A stretch of DNA of 64,000 nt from Octopus bimaculoides (GCF_001194135.2 NC_068985.1:127349675-127413674), one strand, 5' to 3'; shown: positions 13,077 to 27,175, counted from the stretch's first letter. Notes: generated from the sequence alone by a model not told the origin. Translations and numbers: made by a program.

Positions 13077-15074
13077 ATATATANNNNNNNNNNNNNNNNN
13101 NNNNNNNNNNNNNNNNNNNNNNNNNNNNNNNNNNNNNNNNNNNNNNNNNNNNNNNNNNNNNNNNNNNNNNNNNNNNATGGTACAAGACATTTGTCCAAAG
13201 TATCACACTGGAATTGAACCTGAAACCAAGTTGTTACAAAGTTAACTTCTTGGTTACACGTTAGTTTATATACATATGCATATATATCTTTGAATGCAGC
13301 CATGTTGGATGCATTTATAAACATGTGCATATATATATATATATATATATATAGTTTCCATCTAGGTTTCCTGAATTTGCTTCATACAGGAAAATATCTT
13401 ATTCTTTCCACTTTTAAATACAGTTTAACTCTAAATTAGGCAAATGCTGTGAAACCTGAAGAACGCCTAAGATCTTCAGTGACCATACTTAGACTATGTC
13501 CACTTCGACCACAAAGTGTGCATTGAACACTTATGTTTTAGCTTTAATACATACATTAACTCTGTGTATGTATGTATAACTTTAATATCTTTTTTCCACT
13601 GAAGCTAATACTTCCTCTCTCATACCCTGGAACAACTTTTACCCAGTATGTATCCGGCATTTATGTAACATGTTTTGTATCAGTGTCAGCTGGCTACCAT
13701 CTGTCTAACTTGGTAATCTTTTTCTGAAAGTTAATATTCTATATATATATATATATATATATATCTGTTGAACCGCATTCTACCCCATCATCTCGTTTCA
13801 TTGCTGGTTATTGGCGTTGTGTTACCTATTTGTAAGTGCCACACGGCCTCATCCTGCTTTAGTGTAGAGATGAGATAACCAAGTGGATAAAATATTGGAC
13901 TGCTTGCTCAAAGGTTGTGAGTTCAAACAAGTTATAGAGATTTTGTTATATTATCAGGCAGAATACATTATTTTAGATTGTTGTTATATTTGCTTGAGCT
14001 AAGGTGGTAAGCTGGAAGAATTGCTAGCATGCCAGGTGAAGTGCTTAACAGCATTTCATCCTTACATTCTGAGTTCAAATTCTGCCAAGGTCGACTTTGC
14101 CTTTTATCCTTTCGGGGGGTCAATAAAGTAAGTACCAGTTGAGCACTGAGAGCCAATGTACTTGACCCTCCCCCTCCCCCTTAAAATGCTGGCTTTGTGC
14201 CAGAATTTGAAATCAATGTTACTTTGAAGAAGTAGAATGCTAGTACTCAATGTTTCATGGAACTTTGCATCTGCTATTGTAGATCAACATAATAGACATG
14301 ATTGTTGTCTCATGCAGCATGTAGTCAATTAACACCACGGTCAGAATTAAAGATTATGCACATGACCGTGCCTGCACCAGACTGAACTTTTAATTTCTTG
14401 AGTAGTAGAGAATGTTTGCTTGCATTGTTCTTTTGTCTTGGAGTGGTGGAGCAATGTCCTGTCTTCACTTCTCATGCATGTTCAACTGTACATTGTCACA
14501 CATCGTCATTTGTAAATCTTTCTTTATGAAACATTCAACAGCAATGACACTTTCCTCAAGAGTTGCTTTCATAGGTTTTCTTGACTCAGTTCATCTTCAA
14601 GGGTTCTCCCCCCCCCCATATGACATTCAGTAGCCCAACGTTTGAGCATTCTGTGTGTGTATGTGTGTTTCTGTATGTCTTTCAACATATAGACAATGCA
14701 ACAGAGACTTTAAAAAAAAAGACTTTCACTATAATGAGAAGCAGCTGCTGGTGATGAAGATGATGAGGAGGAGGAGGAATATAGTGAGAGAGAGAGAGAG
14801 TGTGTGTGAAAGATAGAATTAAAATTTATTTCAAGAAAAGGGAAAAAAAGAACAGATTGTTGTTGAGCATTTCAATGTGATCATTGGAGTGGGCTTCTGC
14901 TGACAGATGTAGTTCTTCTTGACTCGGTCCTTATCCAGCGGCATAGAAACAGATAACGACTGGTTTTGATAACAGTGCAGTATTGCAAGTTTTGATTCTG
15001 ATTTTCATTAGTCTTCATCAGTTGCCCCCATCTTTTATTGCTTCTAAAATGTAAATCACAATATGTTTATAAAC

Positions 15075-15350
15075 AGGCATGGCTGTGTGGTTAAGAAACT
15101 TGCTTCCCAACCATGTGGTCTTGGGTTCAGTCTCACTGTGCAGTACTTTTAGGAAAGTGTCTTCTACTGTAGCCTTGTGAGTGGATTTGGTAGATGGAAT
15201 GGCTGTGTGGTAAGAAGCTTACTTTCCAACCACATAGTTTCAGGTTCAGTCCCACTGTGTGACACCTTGAGCAAGTGTCAACTATAGCCTCAGGCTGACC
15301 AAAACCTTGTGAGTGGATCTGGTAGAAGGAAACTGAAAGAAGCCCATCAT
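15075..15350 (+). mobile_element. Head-to-tail dimer of tRNA-derived SINE family B (GGCATGGCTGTGTGGTTAAGAAG...). Other copies at about 4690-4858(-), 16745-16900, 22690-22830, 24915-25080(-), 29182-29310, 40875-41030(-), 43765-43895 and 62325-62458
   Basis: A-box-like TGGCTGTGTGG, B-box-like GGTTCAGTCCC, and shared CCTTGTGAGTGGATTTGGTAGA. Confidence 0.8.
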
Positions 15351-15492
15351 ATATATATACGCTAGATGTATCCACGCCCCGTTGGGTCCCAACCACTCCG
15401 AGTTGAAAATGTCGATTATCAGTGGCAAAGATAAAAATACTATTTCGAACGTCATGCAATACAGTTCTGTTGAAATGTAAAAGAATAGAAGA

Positions 15493-15537
<45 letters not shown>

Positions 15538-16350
15538 CATGCCTAGGCATCATGTGATGTTTGCAAATGAGCAATATCTTCAGACAAGCGAGGTTATTTG
15601 TTTCCGATGTCTTCTGTGAAAAAACATGTTTAGCTATGGAGAAAATATTACCTTGGTTACAAACAGGTGAGGGTTGATGCCAGGAAGGGCATGTGGCCCC
15701 AGAGAATTTTCCTCACCAAATTCCACCTGGCCTAATCAAGCATGGAAGAGTGAATGTTAAATAATAATGATGATGATGATGAATCTATGATAAAGGATTA
15801 TAGTCAGATTCAAAATTTTTTGAACACTCCTCAATATGCATGGGTGTGTGTAAAATGTTTGGAATTTTTCTGTGTGTGCGTGCACACACACATATAAAAT
15901 GTATGTATGTATTCATAAATCCCTATAAGTCTGACTTTATGATTCATCTACCCACTGTTTATAAAATGTGCACCAGTAATATTCTGAGCTTTGATTCAAT
16001 CAATGATATCATTCTCTTAATAAGTCTGTGGCCTTCTGCCAATGAAAAGAAATGTTCTTTTTTTTTTTACTTCATAAAAGAGTATTTTGAATGTATTTAA
16101 ATGTATGTGTGAGTAATAGCATATTTATGTTTTTTATATATGAACATACAAATGCACATAGTAATTGAACATTTGTGTATTTGGATAAATGTGATATAAA
16201 GAAAATAAGCTTTTTTCTTCTTTTCTCATTCTATTATCTTCATGCACATTTATATTTAATATGTACAGATATACAGTTTTAAGCAATCATAGTTTAATAA
16301 TAAATTTATATATATATATATGTATATTTTATTGCAGTGATAAAGTTTTA

Positions 16351-16414
16351 ATGATGTCACGGTTTGGAATTGGTACAACTAAAAATCCCCCCTGGGCCCG
16401 CCAGGCACCAGCAG
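16351..16414 (+). CDS. CCAR1: CCAR1 first coding exon (coding part; exon begins 16338): MMSRFGIGTTKNPPWARQAPA
   Basis: Acceptor ttttattgcag ends at 16337 and donor GTAAGA starts at 16415. Ends in phase 1, matching the next exon. KNPPWA matches the N-terminus of vertebrate CCAR1 as recalled (MAQFGGQKNPPWA). Confidence 0.88.
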
Positions 16415-17421
16415 GTAAGATGGTTTCTCTTCTTTTTTCTCTTTCATATTTTTAGTTTGTCCTTTGTCAAAATTAATTTTGTTCTTGAACAAAGTTATTT
16501 AGTTAGAAATTTAGCTATTTAGTTGGATATTTTTTTGTTTATTCTAAAAAAAGATTTGTGCTAAAAGCTATCTTTATTTTCTGTTCTTCATTCTCAAGCT
16601 AACTTCCTGATGAATGTAATCTGCAACTTGGCTTCCCTTATTGCTCTAATTAAATCAATTGGGAAAATGTAACCACAACTTTACGTTTTCTAGACTCTTA
16701 GTTATGTGATTTTCTGCTTAATTAAATGAAGACCAAATAGTCGCTGTGTGATTAAAAAAGTTCACTTTGCAACTGTATAGTTTCAGGTTCAGTCCCACTG
16801 CATGGCATCTTGGGCAAGAATCTTCTATAGCCTCATGCCAACCAATGCCTTGTCAGTGGAATTGGTAGAAAGTGACTGTGAGAAAGTCCATTGTGTGTGT
16901 GTGTGTGTGTGTTGACATTCTACAGCTTCCCTTGTCTTTATCTGAATGGAATGGTGATATACTATTTACATTCCTTGTTGATATTAAACGTTTGCTTTGC
17001 ACTTTCAATGACTAGTAGGATTTTAAGAATAAAACATCCTTTTGTTGAAAAACAGTTAAAGGTTGGCGACAGGAAAGGCATCTGGTTGTAAATTATTGCC
17101 ACAAATAATTCCCCCACCTAACTCATAGAAAAAAAAAATGAATGTTCAACAAAGGACTGAAATGGTGATTATCAATTACATCAGTTAACAATAACAAATT
17201 GACTTTATTGTGTTTTACAAATATTTGAAGCTTGTATCTTAACTTATCATCACTGTTCTGGTACAGTAACCTATGTGTACTGAATTACAAGGTTTGTAAC
17301 TGGATTCACGGTGTATTTTCACCAGCAGTATGTGAGGATGGTGGGAGAAAACTCATCTTCTCATTAAAATTTTGAAGTGATTGTAAAAGACAAATTATTT
17401 ACCAAAGATCAATAATTGTTA

Positions 17422-17492
17422 ACACCAGTGGTTTAGTGGTAGAATGCTTTCCTTCTAAGCAAGAGACTCCAGTTTGATTTCTGGCTAATACA
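17422..17492 (+). pseudogene. Decayed tRNA-Gly-like sequence (pseudogene or SINE head)
   Basis: Gapless 71-nt alignment to animal tRNA-Gly as recalled, about 49/71 identical, mostly C>T and G>A changes. A-box (GTGGTTTAGTGG) and B-box (GTTTGATTTC) remnants are present, but the stems are broken. Confidence 0.6.
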
Positions 17493-19915
17493 CAGTGGTC
17501 TTATTTTGTAATAGCGGTGTCCCAGTATGACCGCCACTGCTGGTTGAAACCAATAATAGAATGATTATTTCTAGGTTTTAGAGATGGTTGTTGATCAAAC
17601 ACATAGATGTGTCATATGTGTAGACTAAAAGTTTTTATCTATCTCTTTTGCTACTATTGTTCATCTGAGACAATATCTCTGGTTCTCTGGTACAAAGCTT
17701 CTCATCTTGAATTTTCAAAATATTTAAATTAACACCTTCCATCATAACATGAAGGCACATGGCTCAGTGGTTAGAGTGTTGGGCTCACAATCATGAGATA
17801 GTGAGTTCAGTCCTTGGACTGGGTCGTGTGCTGTGTTCTTGAAGCAAGATACTTTATTTCACGTTGCTCCAGTTCACTCAGTTTAGAAATCAGTTGCAAT
17901 ATCACTGGTGCCAAGTTGTATCAACCTTTGCCTTTCCCTTGAATAACACCAGTGGTATGGAGAGCGGAGACTGGTATGCATAGGCGACTGCTGGTCTTCT
18001 ATAAACAACATGCCACAGAGGAGAACTTTCTAGGTGCAATCTGATGGTCATTCATTACCAACGGGGATCTTTACCTTTCTCCATCATAAGTTAATGAAAG
18101 AGCATCATCTGTTAGGTAGGTTTCACCTGTTTAATAAGAAAAGGTTATATTACTAAATCCTTCCAAATTCTTGGTTATTTTTCAAAATTAAGTGATAGAT
18201 GTTATGGAGCGTAATTTCATTTGAAATTTGGTCAGAAAAGAGATTTTATATATTTATATATTTTTACATTACGAGAGTCTTCAATGATGTGGTAGTGCTA
18301 ATGCAAAAAAAAAAAAGAAGTACGGAAAGTTACTGAAACTGGTAGCTGAGATATACAGTGTTTAAAGAAAAATATTTTTTTATAACCATGTTTTTAATGA
18401 AATAAACTACCTATATCTTTCAATCATAAGACATCACCACTATTCAAACACTAAAAATACCAACTGATCTCACTTTGTTTAGTCAGCTATCCATATGGGC
18501 TGTCTGCTCAAATGAAATTGTTAAACTATGAGGATTACAAAAATGAATAAACTAAAAAAAAACTACATTAATTATATCACATTTCTTCTCTGTTACTGTT
18601 GGTTTGAATAGTTACTGCTATTTCAGATGAGTAAAATATGTATGTAGTTGCTTTAAATTCTTCAGTCTGTTGTCTTGATCTGAAATCTAATATCTTTGGT
18701 ACTGTTGTTGGTTTACTATTTTGTTTTGGTAGATTGATGGAATTGTTAGAACATCTGACAAAATACTTTGCAGAATTTTGTTACAGGTTTTTACTTTCCA
18801 AGTTTAAATCCTACTCAGCTTTTCATTTTGAAACCACCAACCCCATTTTCAACTTTTGTTCCTCTTTTTAAAACAATAATAATAGCAATTATAATAATAG
18901 TTTCAAATCTTGGCAGAAGGCCTGCAATTTTGAAGGGTAGGGATGTTGATTACATCAACCCCAGTGCTCAACTTGTACTTTGTTACCAACCCCCAAAAGT
19001 ATGAAAGGTAAAGTTTGGTTGGCTCTTATGTTAGACAAGTCAGACAGACATCTACAGATAAGCTTGCTCGCTTACTGAAGAAACTCTCTCTTCTCTATTA
19101 AATGGAGAATAAATTTACTGTCTCTTCATCTTCCTTCTCAATAGTATTGTTTCGAATTCTGGTTGGATGACCAATTTTCATAATCTATGTTTCTGTTGAC
19201 TAATTTCAAGTTGAGTAAGATAACTTTAAGGAATAGATGAAGAGAGATTGTGAAATAGGATGTCACTCAGATACCCATAGCAGAAGAGATATCAGATACT
19301 ACAATGATAATGACGATGATTATATTTAAGATGATTTACATATTTAGCTACAAATCTCTTGCTGCATTCATTTAATCTAAGATGTGAATCTGTTGTACAA
19401 AGAAATAGTGCTGCAGTATATCTAAAAACTTGCTTAAATGATCCTCGCATGATCCGTCAATCTAAGTGAAAGAGACTGATTTAACCCAGTTTTAGAGATT
19501 ATTCTTCAGAATCATTGATTTCTTAGTGTTGGAAGTGAGATTTATTTTTAGATGGACTGAAGACATTGCTTTGCTACCATAAATATAATTCAATCCTGGA
19601 AGAAGTGAAGTTCCATTCTTTCTTTCTTTTTTTTTAATACCTTCCTGTTCATTGATGATTGTTGTAAAGAAATATATCTCTTCAATCATATTTAGTGAAA
19701 TGTGTGTGTGTGTGTGTGTGTGTTCATTGCTGTGGATTGGCTTCCTTAGTGCTTTATCTTCTTGCATGGTATATTTTCCCTGTTGTTACTTTTTTTTTTT
19801 TTTGCTATTTGATATCTCTTCTCTTAATAAATAATGAGTTACTTCAAAGTCAACTCAAAATGTAATGAGTAGCCAAGTTCTCATTTGACTTTCCATTTCT
19901 CAATTCGATACTGAA

Positions 19916-19982
<67 letters not shown>

Positions 19983-21645
19983 CACACACTCAAGAAGAAA
20001 CTTTAGAAAATAAATCTGATCTCATGATAGTAGGGTGATGTGGTGTGGGTGGGGCTTAGTTATAATTAATTATTGATTTAACTTACGGTTTTAAAATCAA
20101 AAAGGCTTCACTAAATTTGAATTACATTTTGTGTAAAATAAGCTGGAGGTGGGGGTGAATGTGAGAATGCTAAAAAATACAAAAATTGTAAGATATATAT
20201 GTATGCACATATATATATATATATANNNNNNNNNNNNNNNNNNNNNNNNNNNNNNNNNNNNNNNNNNNNNNNNNNNNNNNNNNNNNNNNNNNNNNNNNNN
20301 NNNNNNNNNNNNNNNNNNNNNNNNNNNNNATAGTTCATATTTACTCAGGTTGTATTGCATGAATGCTTTTGCACTCCTTTAAGAAACATGATCCAAATAT
20401 AACTTCTGATCTTCCAGTTTCAGTTCTTGCTTTTTTTTTTTTTATTTTTTATTTATTTAAACAAAGAAACAGAAACAAAAAAAAACATCAGTTAAAATTT
20501 CTAGGTTTGAGCTGCTATCTTTCTATACTAACCAAATATGGTGATATGCAGTGGTGTGTGTATCAAATATACAAACACACACATACATGTGAATCAGTAT
20601 AGATGCATAAATAATGCAATAGTGCTTTTCTTAATGAGATTGAGCCATGCATTTCCTGCGACTTTGCAAAACTTGGCAGATATGTTAAGCATTACAGTTA
20701 GAGAACATTGCCCTTTCTGCTTTTGTATCACCTCTGTGTGTGTGTGTGTGTTGCTACTGACTGCTTGCCACACAGAAAGATATGTGACTTAATGTCTATC
20801 AAACAGGCATTATCATATTTCTTCTTTTCATTGAGATACTATCAAAAACTAAGGCAGATCAACCTGGTGCATTTGTTCTGACTTAATGTTTTTTCAACTG
20901 TTATCCATATTATTAGCTGTACAGTGTAGCTTTCTCACACGACACATTCCATTGACTTATTGAGAAACTATAGAAGATTGTCTTCATTTAGGACAAATAA
21001 ACAAGGTTATGCTCATAAATGAATTTGAGTTCATCACAGCAAACTGTTAAAACTTGATTCAATTGATATCATGTTATTATTGATCACATCAACAAGTTAT
21101 ACCTTCTTACAGTATCTATTTGCAGATGGACAAACTGAACCATTGAAATTTAAATATCTTTGCTGAGTGCACAATGTAGCTCTACTGGATGCAGTGTATA
21201 TTGATGCATTGATCACTCTCTGCAACACATTAATATATCTGTACCCAATAAACTTGGCAGCCATCACTCTAAAATGTATTGTTTATTATTTACATTTTGG
21301 TTTCAAATCTTGACAGTACAGACTTTATGCAGGTTATTAAAAATAAATAAGTATCAGTGAAATACTGACTTGATTCAATCAATATCCATCTTCACAAAAT
21401 TACACACATTGTGTCAGTGTTAAAAAAAAATCATTGTTGTTATTAGCTTCATCGTGGGTTTTTGAATTATATTTGTGCTGCATTTCTGATAATAATGTCA
21501 ATTAATTCTCCAGTGATTCCTTTAACTGCTGTTCGTTAAGCCTCATAAGTTAGAACAGAGATAATTTCAAATATAAATATTGTGCAGGTTGTCAACCATG
21601 TTATCTGACCATACTAAATTGCTCTGTATTTTTCTTTTTTCTCAG

Positions 21646-21839
21646 AGTTTATCACTGTAACTGCTGCAACTTCATTGAGCTCACTGAGTCAACCTCAAGC
21701 AACCACAGCTCTATTACACCAGCCATCAGCTGGCGTTCCAAAAGCTACTGTCTATTCAATAACAACACCAACCTCAGCACCCATTGCGCAACCACAGTAT
21801 GCACCACAGCAACTCCCTCCAGTTGGTATGCAAGGACAA
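21646..21839 (+). CDS. CCAR1: CCAR1 coding exon 2, Q/P/T/A-rich low-complexity segment (EFITVTAATS...PPVGMQGQ)
   Basis: Polypyrimidine tract plus ctcag acceptor, GTAAGT donor at 21840. 194 nt, phase 1 in and phase 0 out, open frame. Missed by the ORF track. Confidence 0.85.
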
Positions 21840-23064
21840 GTAAGTTAATTTTCATTTATTTTTTGTTACTGTTTTTCTAGGGGTCTGAAATAGAGATCAG
21901 GGCATGTTCCTACTTAGAACTTTATTGTCAAATACCTTTTGTTCTAAAATGTACCTATCCTCCTACTCTATTATTTTAAATACATACGTGTTTAGATCTG
22001 TGAGAAATATGGTGCAGACAAGGGTACATCAGCAATGAAGTTGTAAATGTCAAAGAATAGACTGATGAAACAACTGATTGCTTTATTGATCAAACCAATT
22101 GGTCAATCAATTGATTAGTTAATTGTTTAATTAGTTAACTCATTGACTTATTATATATACTAACAAAAATGAAATAGAATCAGTATGTTTTCTGAGGCAA
22201 AAACGACCTTCCCAAGATTCAAACAACATCTGCTTCAACACAAAATTTCACATCAAGAATTTTGCAAAACAAACACAAATAATGAAATATAAATATAGTT
22301 GAGCAATTATTTAAGGAAACATCTATGTTTCTGCCTATTTGTTTTCCAAGTTAGAGAAAACATTCTCCATTTATGGGTATCAGTTATAAAACAAAGAAAC
22401 CTGTGCACAAAATATTTTTTTGATTACACAAACTCCTTCAGAAGTGCCTGCAGTAAAAAAAGGGTTAGTCAACTTGTCATGTGTTGACCTCTGAATAAAT
22501 AAACTGATCCTATTTTTTGACAACTGTTAGCCAGTGTCAGTTGAAAGGAGGACATCTAATCAGGAAATCATCATCAAACTATTTGTATGTTCAATTGAAA
22601 TTTCAAGCTGAGATACAATTCCAAAGAAATTCCTGTCACAAGAGGACTGAGACTACAGTAATTTGACAATAAATTCACCTGAATACAGGCACAGGTATGG
22701 CTGTGTGGTTAAGAAATTTGCTTTGCAACCACATACTTGCAGGTTCAGTCCCATTCCATGAAACCTTGGACAAGTGTCTTTGATTTGCCTGGCCAACCCA
22801 TGCCTTGTGAATGGAATTGGTAGATGGAAACAGGGATTAGCTCTAGAAATGGATTTTACATGTAAAAATATTGGCTTCAATGATTCATGCTCACATATCC
22901 ATATTTGGTAAAAAGAGTTAAAAAAGCCATTTCACTTGTATTGATCAGACCCTTGATGAAACCTGATCAAGCAGACTATAACCAAAAGCATTTCTGAAAT
23001 GACCAACCCACTTTTATTGAGACATGGTATTTGGCCCCCACATTATCCAACATGTCTTCTTTTT

Positions 23065-23112
<48 letters not shown>

Positions 23113-23740
23113 CAAGGTACGATTTGAGGCAGATATGGCTCCTGTTTTTAGAAGGATTTGTGACCACATACAGGTTTTCCTTCATTGACTGGTGTTTTTA
23201 GAAAGCTGTGAACACCATGCAATCTCATTTCACCATTTTTCACATTTGAGGACTTACATAAAAGATCATTATTATTACATGTATTTTCATTGTAATAAAC
23301 AACACTAAGTAGCAATATCTTCTTAGTAAGTTGAATCTAAGATTATTTTCAATATCCAAGTGGTGTCATTCATTTCACATATGTCACTAAAATCCTTAGG
23401 AAAGACAGGAACACCACATTTTCATTTTTCATCTTTCATCTTCCACAAATTCATAACTTCATGTGTAAGAAACAAATATTAATTTTATCTTTATGATTGT
23501 TATTCATCTCAAATATTAGTGTGGTAATTTGGCAGAATCATTAGAGCATCAGAAGGAAAATTACTGTGCAGCATTTTTAAGTTCAAATCCTGCTGCCATC
23601 AACTTTGCTTTTCATCCCTTTGGGATGCTATAATAAAGTACCAAACAAGCATTCAACCAACTAAAACTTCCCCCCAAATCTCAGGCTTTGTGCCCCTATG
23701 AGAAACAGTTAATTTCAGATACTTCTTGTTATCATTGCAG

Positions 23741-23967
23741 CCACCAACCTTACAGCCTGGTCAGGTTCTATCCCAGCCTGCTATTGCTATCCCAACAAGC
23801 CTGGCCACAACTACTCAAGTTGCCAGTGTTTCCTATCCTCCCCCAGTGGGCAGCACCCGGCTAGCTCCAGCTCAGCAGTCTCTTAAGCAGAGGTTCTTCA
23901 CAGGAACAGTCACCAAGATTATGGATAATTTTGGTTTTGTTGATGATGATGTCTTTTTTCAAATGAA
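23741..23967 (+). CDS. CCAR1: CCAR1 coding exon 3, start of S1-like domain (PPTLQPGQVLSQPAIAIPTSL...KQRFFTGTVTKIMDNFGFVDDDVFFQM)
   Basis: tcattgcag acceptor, GTAAGT donor at 23968. Phase 0 in, phase 2 out. Matches the CCAR1 motif KQRVFTGVVTKLHDTFGFVDEDVFFQ. Confidence 0.95.
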
Positions 23968-25842
23968 GTAAGTTGGATCTTTTTATTATTATATACATAT
24001 ATTTCTCTTTTTCAAACAGATTAGGGAACCTGGTGTGGCCCCTGGTCTTGCCAGTTCCTGTCAAGCCATCCAACCCATGCCAGCAGGGAAAACAGATGTT
24101 AAATGATGATGATGATGAAATCACTGATTAAAATTTCAATGAAAGTTAAATTTGATAGATGTGTATCATTTTGGATTTATTACATAATGATAAATGGCCT
24201 TATTTAGAATAAGACACTATGTTAGGGTTAAAAAATATTATGCAAACATATGTTCTCCATTAGATAGATTTCCAAGTTATTATTTTCAAGACAAAATAAG
24301 GCAGTGGGGCTGGCAGAATCGTCAGCACTCCAGGCAAAATGCTTAGTTGCATTTCATCCATCTTCGTGTTCTGAGTTCAAATTCTGCCGAGGCCAGTTTT
24401 GCTTTTCATCCTCTCGGGGTTGATAAAATATATACCAGTTGAGCACTGGGGTTAATGTAATTGACTAATCCCCTCCCCCAAAATTCCTGGCCTTGTGCAA
24501 AAATTTGAAAATGAATATTTTCAAGTTAAAATGCATTCAAGAATCCATTATACACTTGCTGTTGTTAGCTTTCCTTCCACTGGGGAAAAACTGTACACCA
24601 TTGTGTTTTTTGTACATCATCATTTTTATGCTGGCTTTTTCATGCTTGTATGGATCAAATGGAATTTATTGAAGTGGATTTTCTACAGCCAGATACCCTT
24701 CCTGACACCAACCCTTGCCTGTTTCCGAGCAAGATAATATTTTTCCTTCTATGAAAACATGAGCAGACATGTTTTCATAGAAGGTTGGAAACAAAGGATA
24801 CTGCTTGCTTGACAGTAACTCTCATTTACAACTATCAAGCAATATCAGGGCTAGGAGACTGTAACAGATGCACATATTTATACATAAAGGGCGTGTATAC
24901 ACATACGCACGCACACATGACTGGCTTCTTTCAGTTTTCATCTACCAAATCCACTCACAAGCCTTTGGTCTGTTTGGGGGCTATTATAGTAGTAGACATT
25001 TCCCATGGTGCCATGCAGTAGGACTGAACTTGAAAGTATGTGGTTGGGAAACAAAGTTCCTGACACACACCCATGTGCCTATGGGTAAATTCAGGTCTAT
25101 ATGTAGACTATAAACATTTGGAAAGAAACTTTTGATGTTTTGCTAAACATTATCAAAAATTTGTGTATGTGTGTACAACGTCCCTTATAAAGAGCACATT
25201 ACGTCCATCCAGTGTGTAAAACGTGTCTAGCTATATTAGTGTAAAATAGATGGATATAAAGCAGTAAAATGTTTTGTATGTCATCATCATCATCATTTAA
25301 TGTCTGTCTTCCATGCTGGCATGGATTGGACAGTTTTATTGGAGCTGGTAAGACAGAGAGCTATACCAGGCTTCAGAAAGAAGAACTGACTATGGGTTGC
25401 AGCATGAGATGTAGTAAACATGCTGCCATTGAACCCATGTTACCAGAGAAAAATAGGTTTTAAATTGATGATGATAAATTTTTCTTCCACTTCAATCTTG
25501 TGCAAATAGCAATATTATTAACTTGTAACCTTATCTTCTTCTTTTCAATCTGGTTTTCCCATCTTGTTTAAAAGAAGCATACCATTTTAAAAAATATTTT
25601 CTTAAGAAAATGGTTATTGTGGACAGAGAGAAGCTAACATACTTCTACTTAACAGAATGACTGTTGCAAACCTTGTTCTGTAATATTTATTTGGCTAATT
25701 GACATGAAATGTTGCGTAAAAAATATTCAGACACGTGAATTTAGATTTTTTTCTTTCTTCTTTTAACTCTTTCATATTTCTAAAAGAATTTTTGCTCAAC
25801 CTTTGTATTTTGAAAGTAATTTTTCTTTTACTTCTGCTTCAG

Positions 25843-25957
25843 CTGTTGTAAAGGTCCACTACCAAAAGTAGCTGATAGAGTTTTAGTGGAAGCTACATAC
25901 AACCCTAATATGCCTTTCAAGTGGAATGCTACTCGAATTCAAGTTCTTCCCAACCAG
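25843..25957 (+). CDS. CCAR1: CCAR1 coding exon 4, end of S1-like domain (NCCKGPLPKVADRVLVEATYNPNMPFKWNATRIQVLPNQ)
   Basis: ctgcttcag acceptor, GTATTA donor at 25958. Phase 2 in, phase 0 out. Near-identical to the CCAR1 motif DRVLVEATYNPNMPFKWNAQRIQTLPNQ. Confidence 0.96.
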
Positions 25958-26212
25958 GTATTATTTTTGCTTTTTGTTAACTGAATTGCATACAGATGAG
26001 ATTAATGAAATTTATACAGATAGTAGAGACTTAAATGAAGTTGTCATATTTGAGGCTTGTATTTTTTAAATCATCAGACATAGTGGAATTTTAGATATAG
26101 GCCATATAATCGCTTGTTAAAATCTTGATAGACACATTATGTCTCTAGATAAAGTGAATATATTTACATGCTTTAACCTGCCTTACTAAATGTAACTTCT
26201 GTTTCTGCTTAA

Positions 26213-27175
26213 CCCTTTCGTTACTATATTTCTGGCCAAAATACACCCCTCATGAGTTTCAATTAAATTCTAAAATAATCATGAATTTAGACTAGTCTCA
26301 TTAAACACCTGTAACTTTTTTATTTATCAACATATTAATGTGATATTTGGAACATAATTAAAGAAAGGGTTCTTAATCAATTCTATTGCATAATTTTTGT
26401 CTCAAAGTTCTCNNNNNNNNNNNNNNNNNNNNNNNNNNNNNNNNNNNNNNNNNNNNNNNNNNNNNNNNNNNNNNNNNNNNNNNNNNNNNNNNNNNNGTAA
26501 CGGTTTGTTTCCGCAGTAATCATTTCAAACAAGCATGAAAAAGAAGTCTAAAGGTTTCGCTTCCTGAGAAAGACTATGAGTAGACCCTGTTTCCTCAGAA
26601 AAATTGTTAATAAAAACATTTTTTAAAGTTTTTACTCCATTCTGGTGTAATATCATCCTCGCTGTCGCCGTCGTTGCTTTCAGAATCGCTGATTTCAGTT
26701 TCGGATCTAGAAATATCCGATTCATTATCGTTCACCACGTGCTTTTGTAGCTCATTCATTCTTTTCTTCGATATCTCCATATCTTCTGTTGAAAAACCTT
26801 CAAATTCGGAATCACTGATTGATAGCATGNNNNNNNNNNCATATCTTCTGTTGAAAAACCTTCAAATTCGGAATCACTGATTGATAGCATGAAACTCCTC
26901 TCCATCTTCAAAGTTGAAAAAAATCAATGCCGCAAAAAATGTGGAAAAAAATCTTCCAAAATTCTCTGAGTTCAAATATCACGCGAAACAATGTCGGAGA
27001 CAATAACTCAACTGTTTGCAAAGTAAAATCAGGTGTTTTAACGAATGTACTAACGAGATTCGGGTTCAAATATACATTTAAATAACAATGGGTACGCTCG
27101 GCCGGCTACGGCCGGGTTAGTCTTATGAACCAAAAACTTTTTTGACCGGCTACAGCCGGCTTAGTAACGAAAGGG
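26213..27175 (-). mobile_element. piggyBac-family element remnant with a 5' transposase fragment
   Basis: TTAA on both sides (26209-12, 27176-79) and a perfect 13-bp TIR CCCTTTCGTTACT / AGTAACGAAAGGG. Minus-strand acidic N-terminus (MERSFMLSISDSEFEGFS...PEWS), then frameshifted KPLDFF and LFEMITAETNRY. Two N-gaps lie inside, so the two ends may not belong to one copy. Confidence 0.85.

Noticed and set aside
13436-13530. Minus-strand CTLCGRSGH zinc-knuckle-like peptide
   Set aside because: Lacks the final Cys, sits in a short frame, and has no convincing splice sites.
14810-15046. Possible minus-strand exon after a ttttag acceptor (MPLDKDRVKKNYICQ...)
   Set aside because: All frames close within about 55 codons, there is no recognisable family, and no partner exons were found.
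23067-23106. 40-nt poly-T run as a retrocopy poly-A tail
   Set aside because: It lies inside a SINE-like repeat at a position where other copies have a short T-run, and no adjacent mRNA-like sequence or TSD was found.
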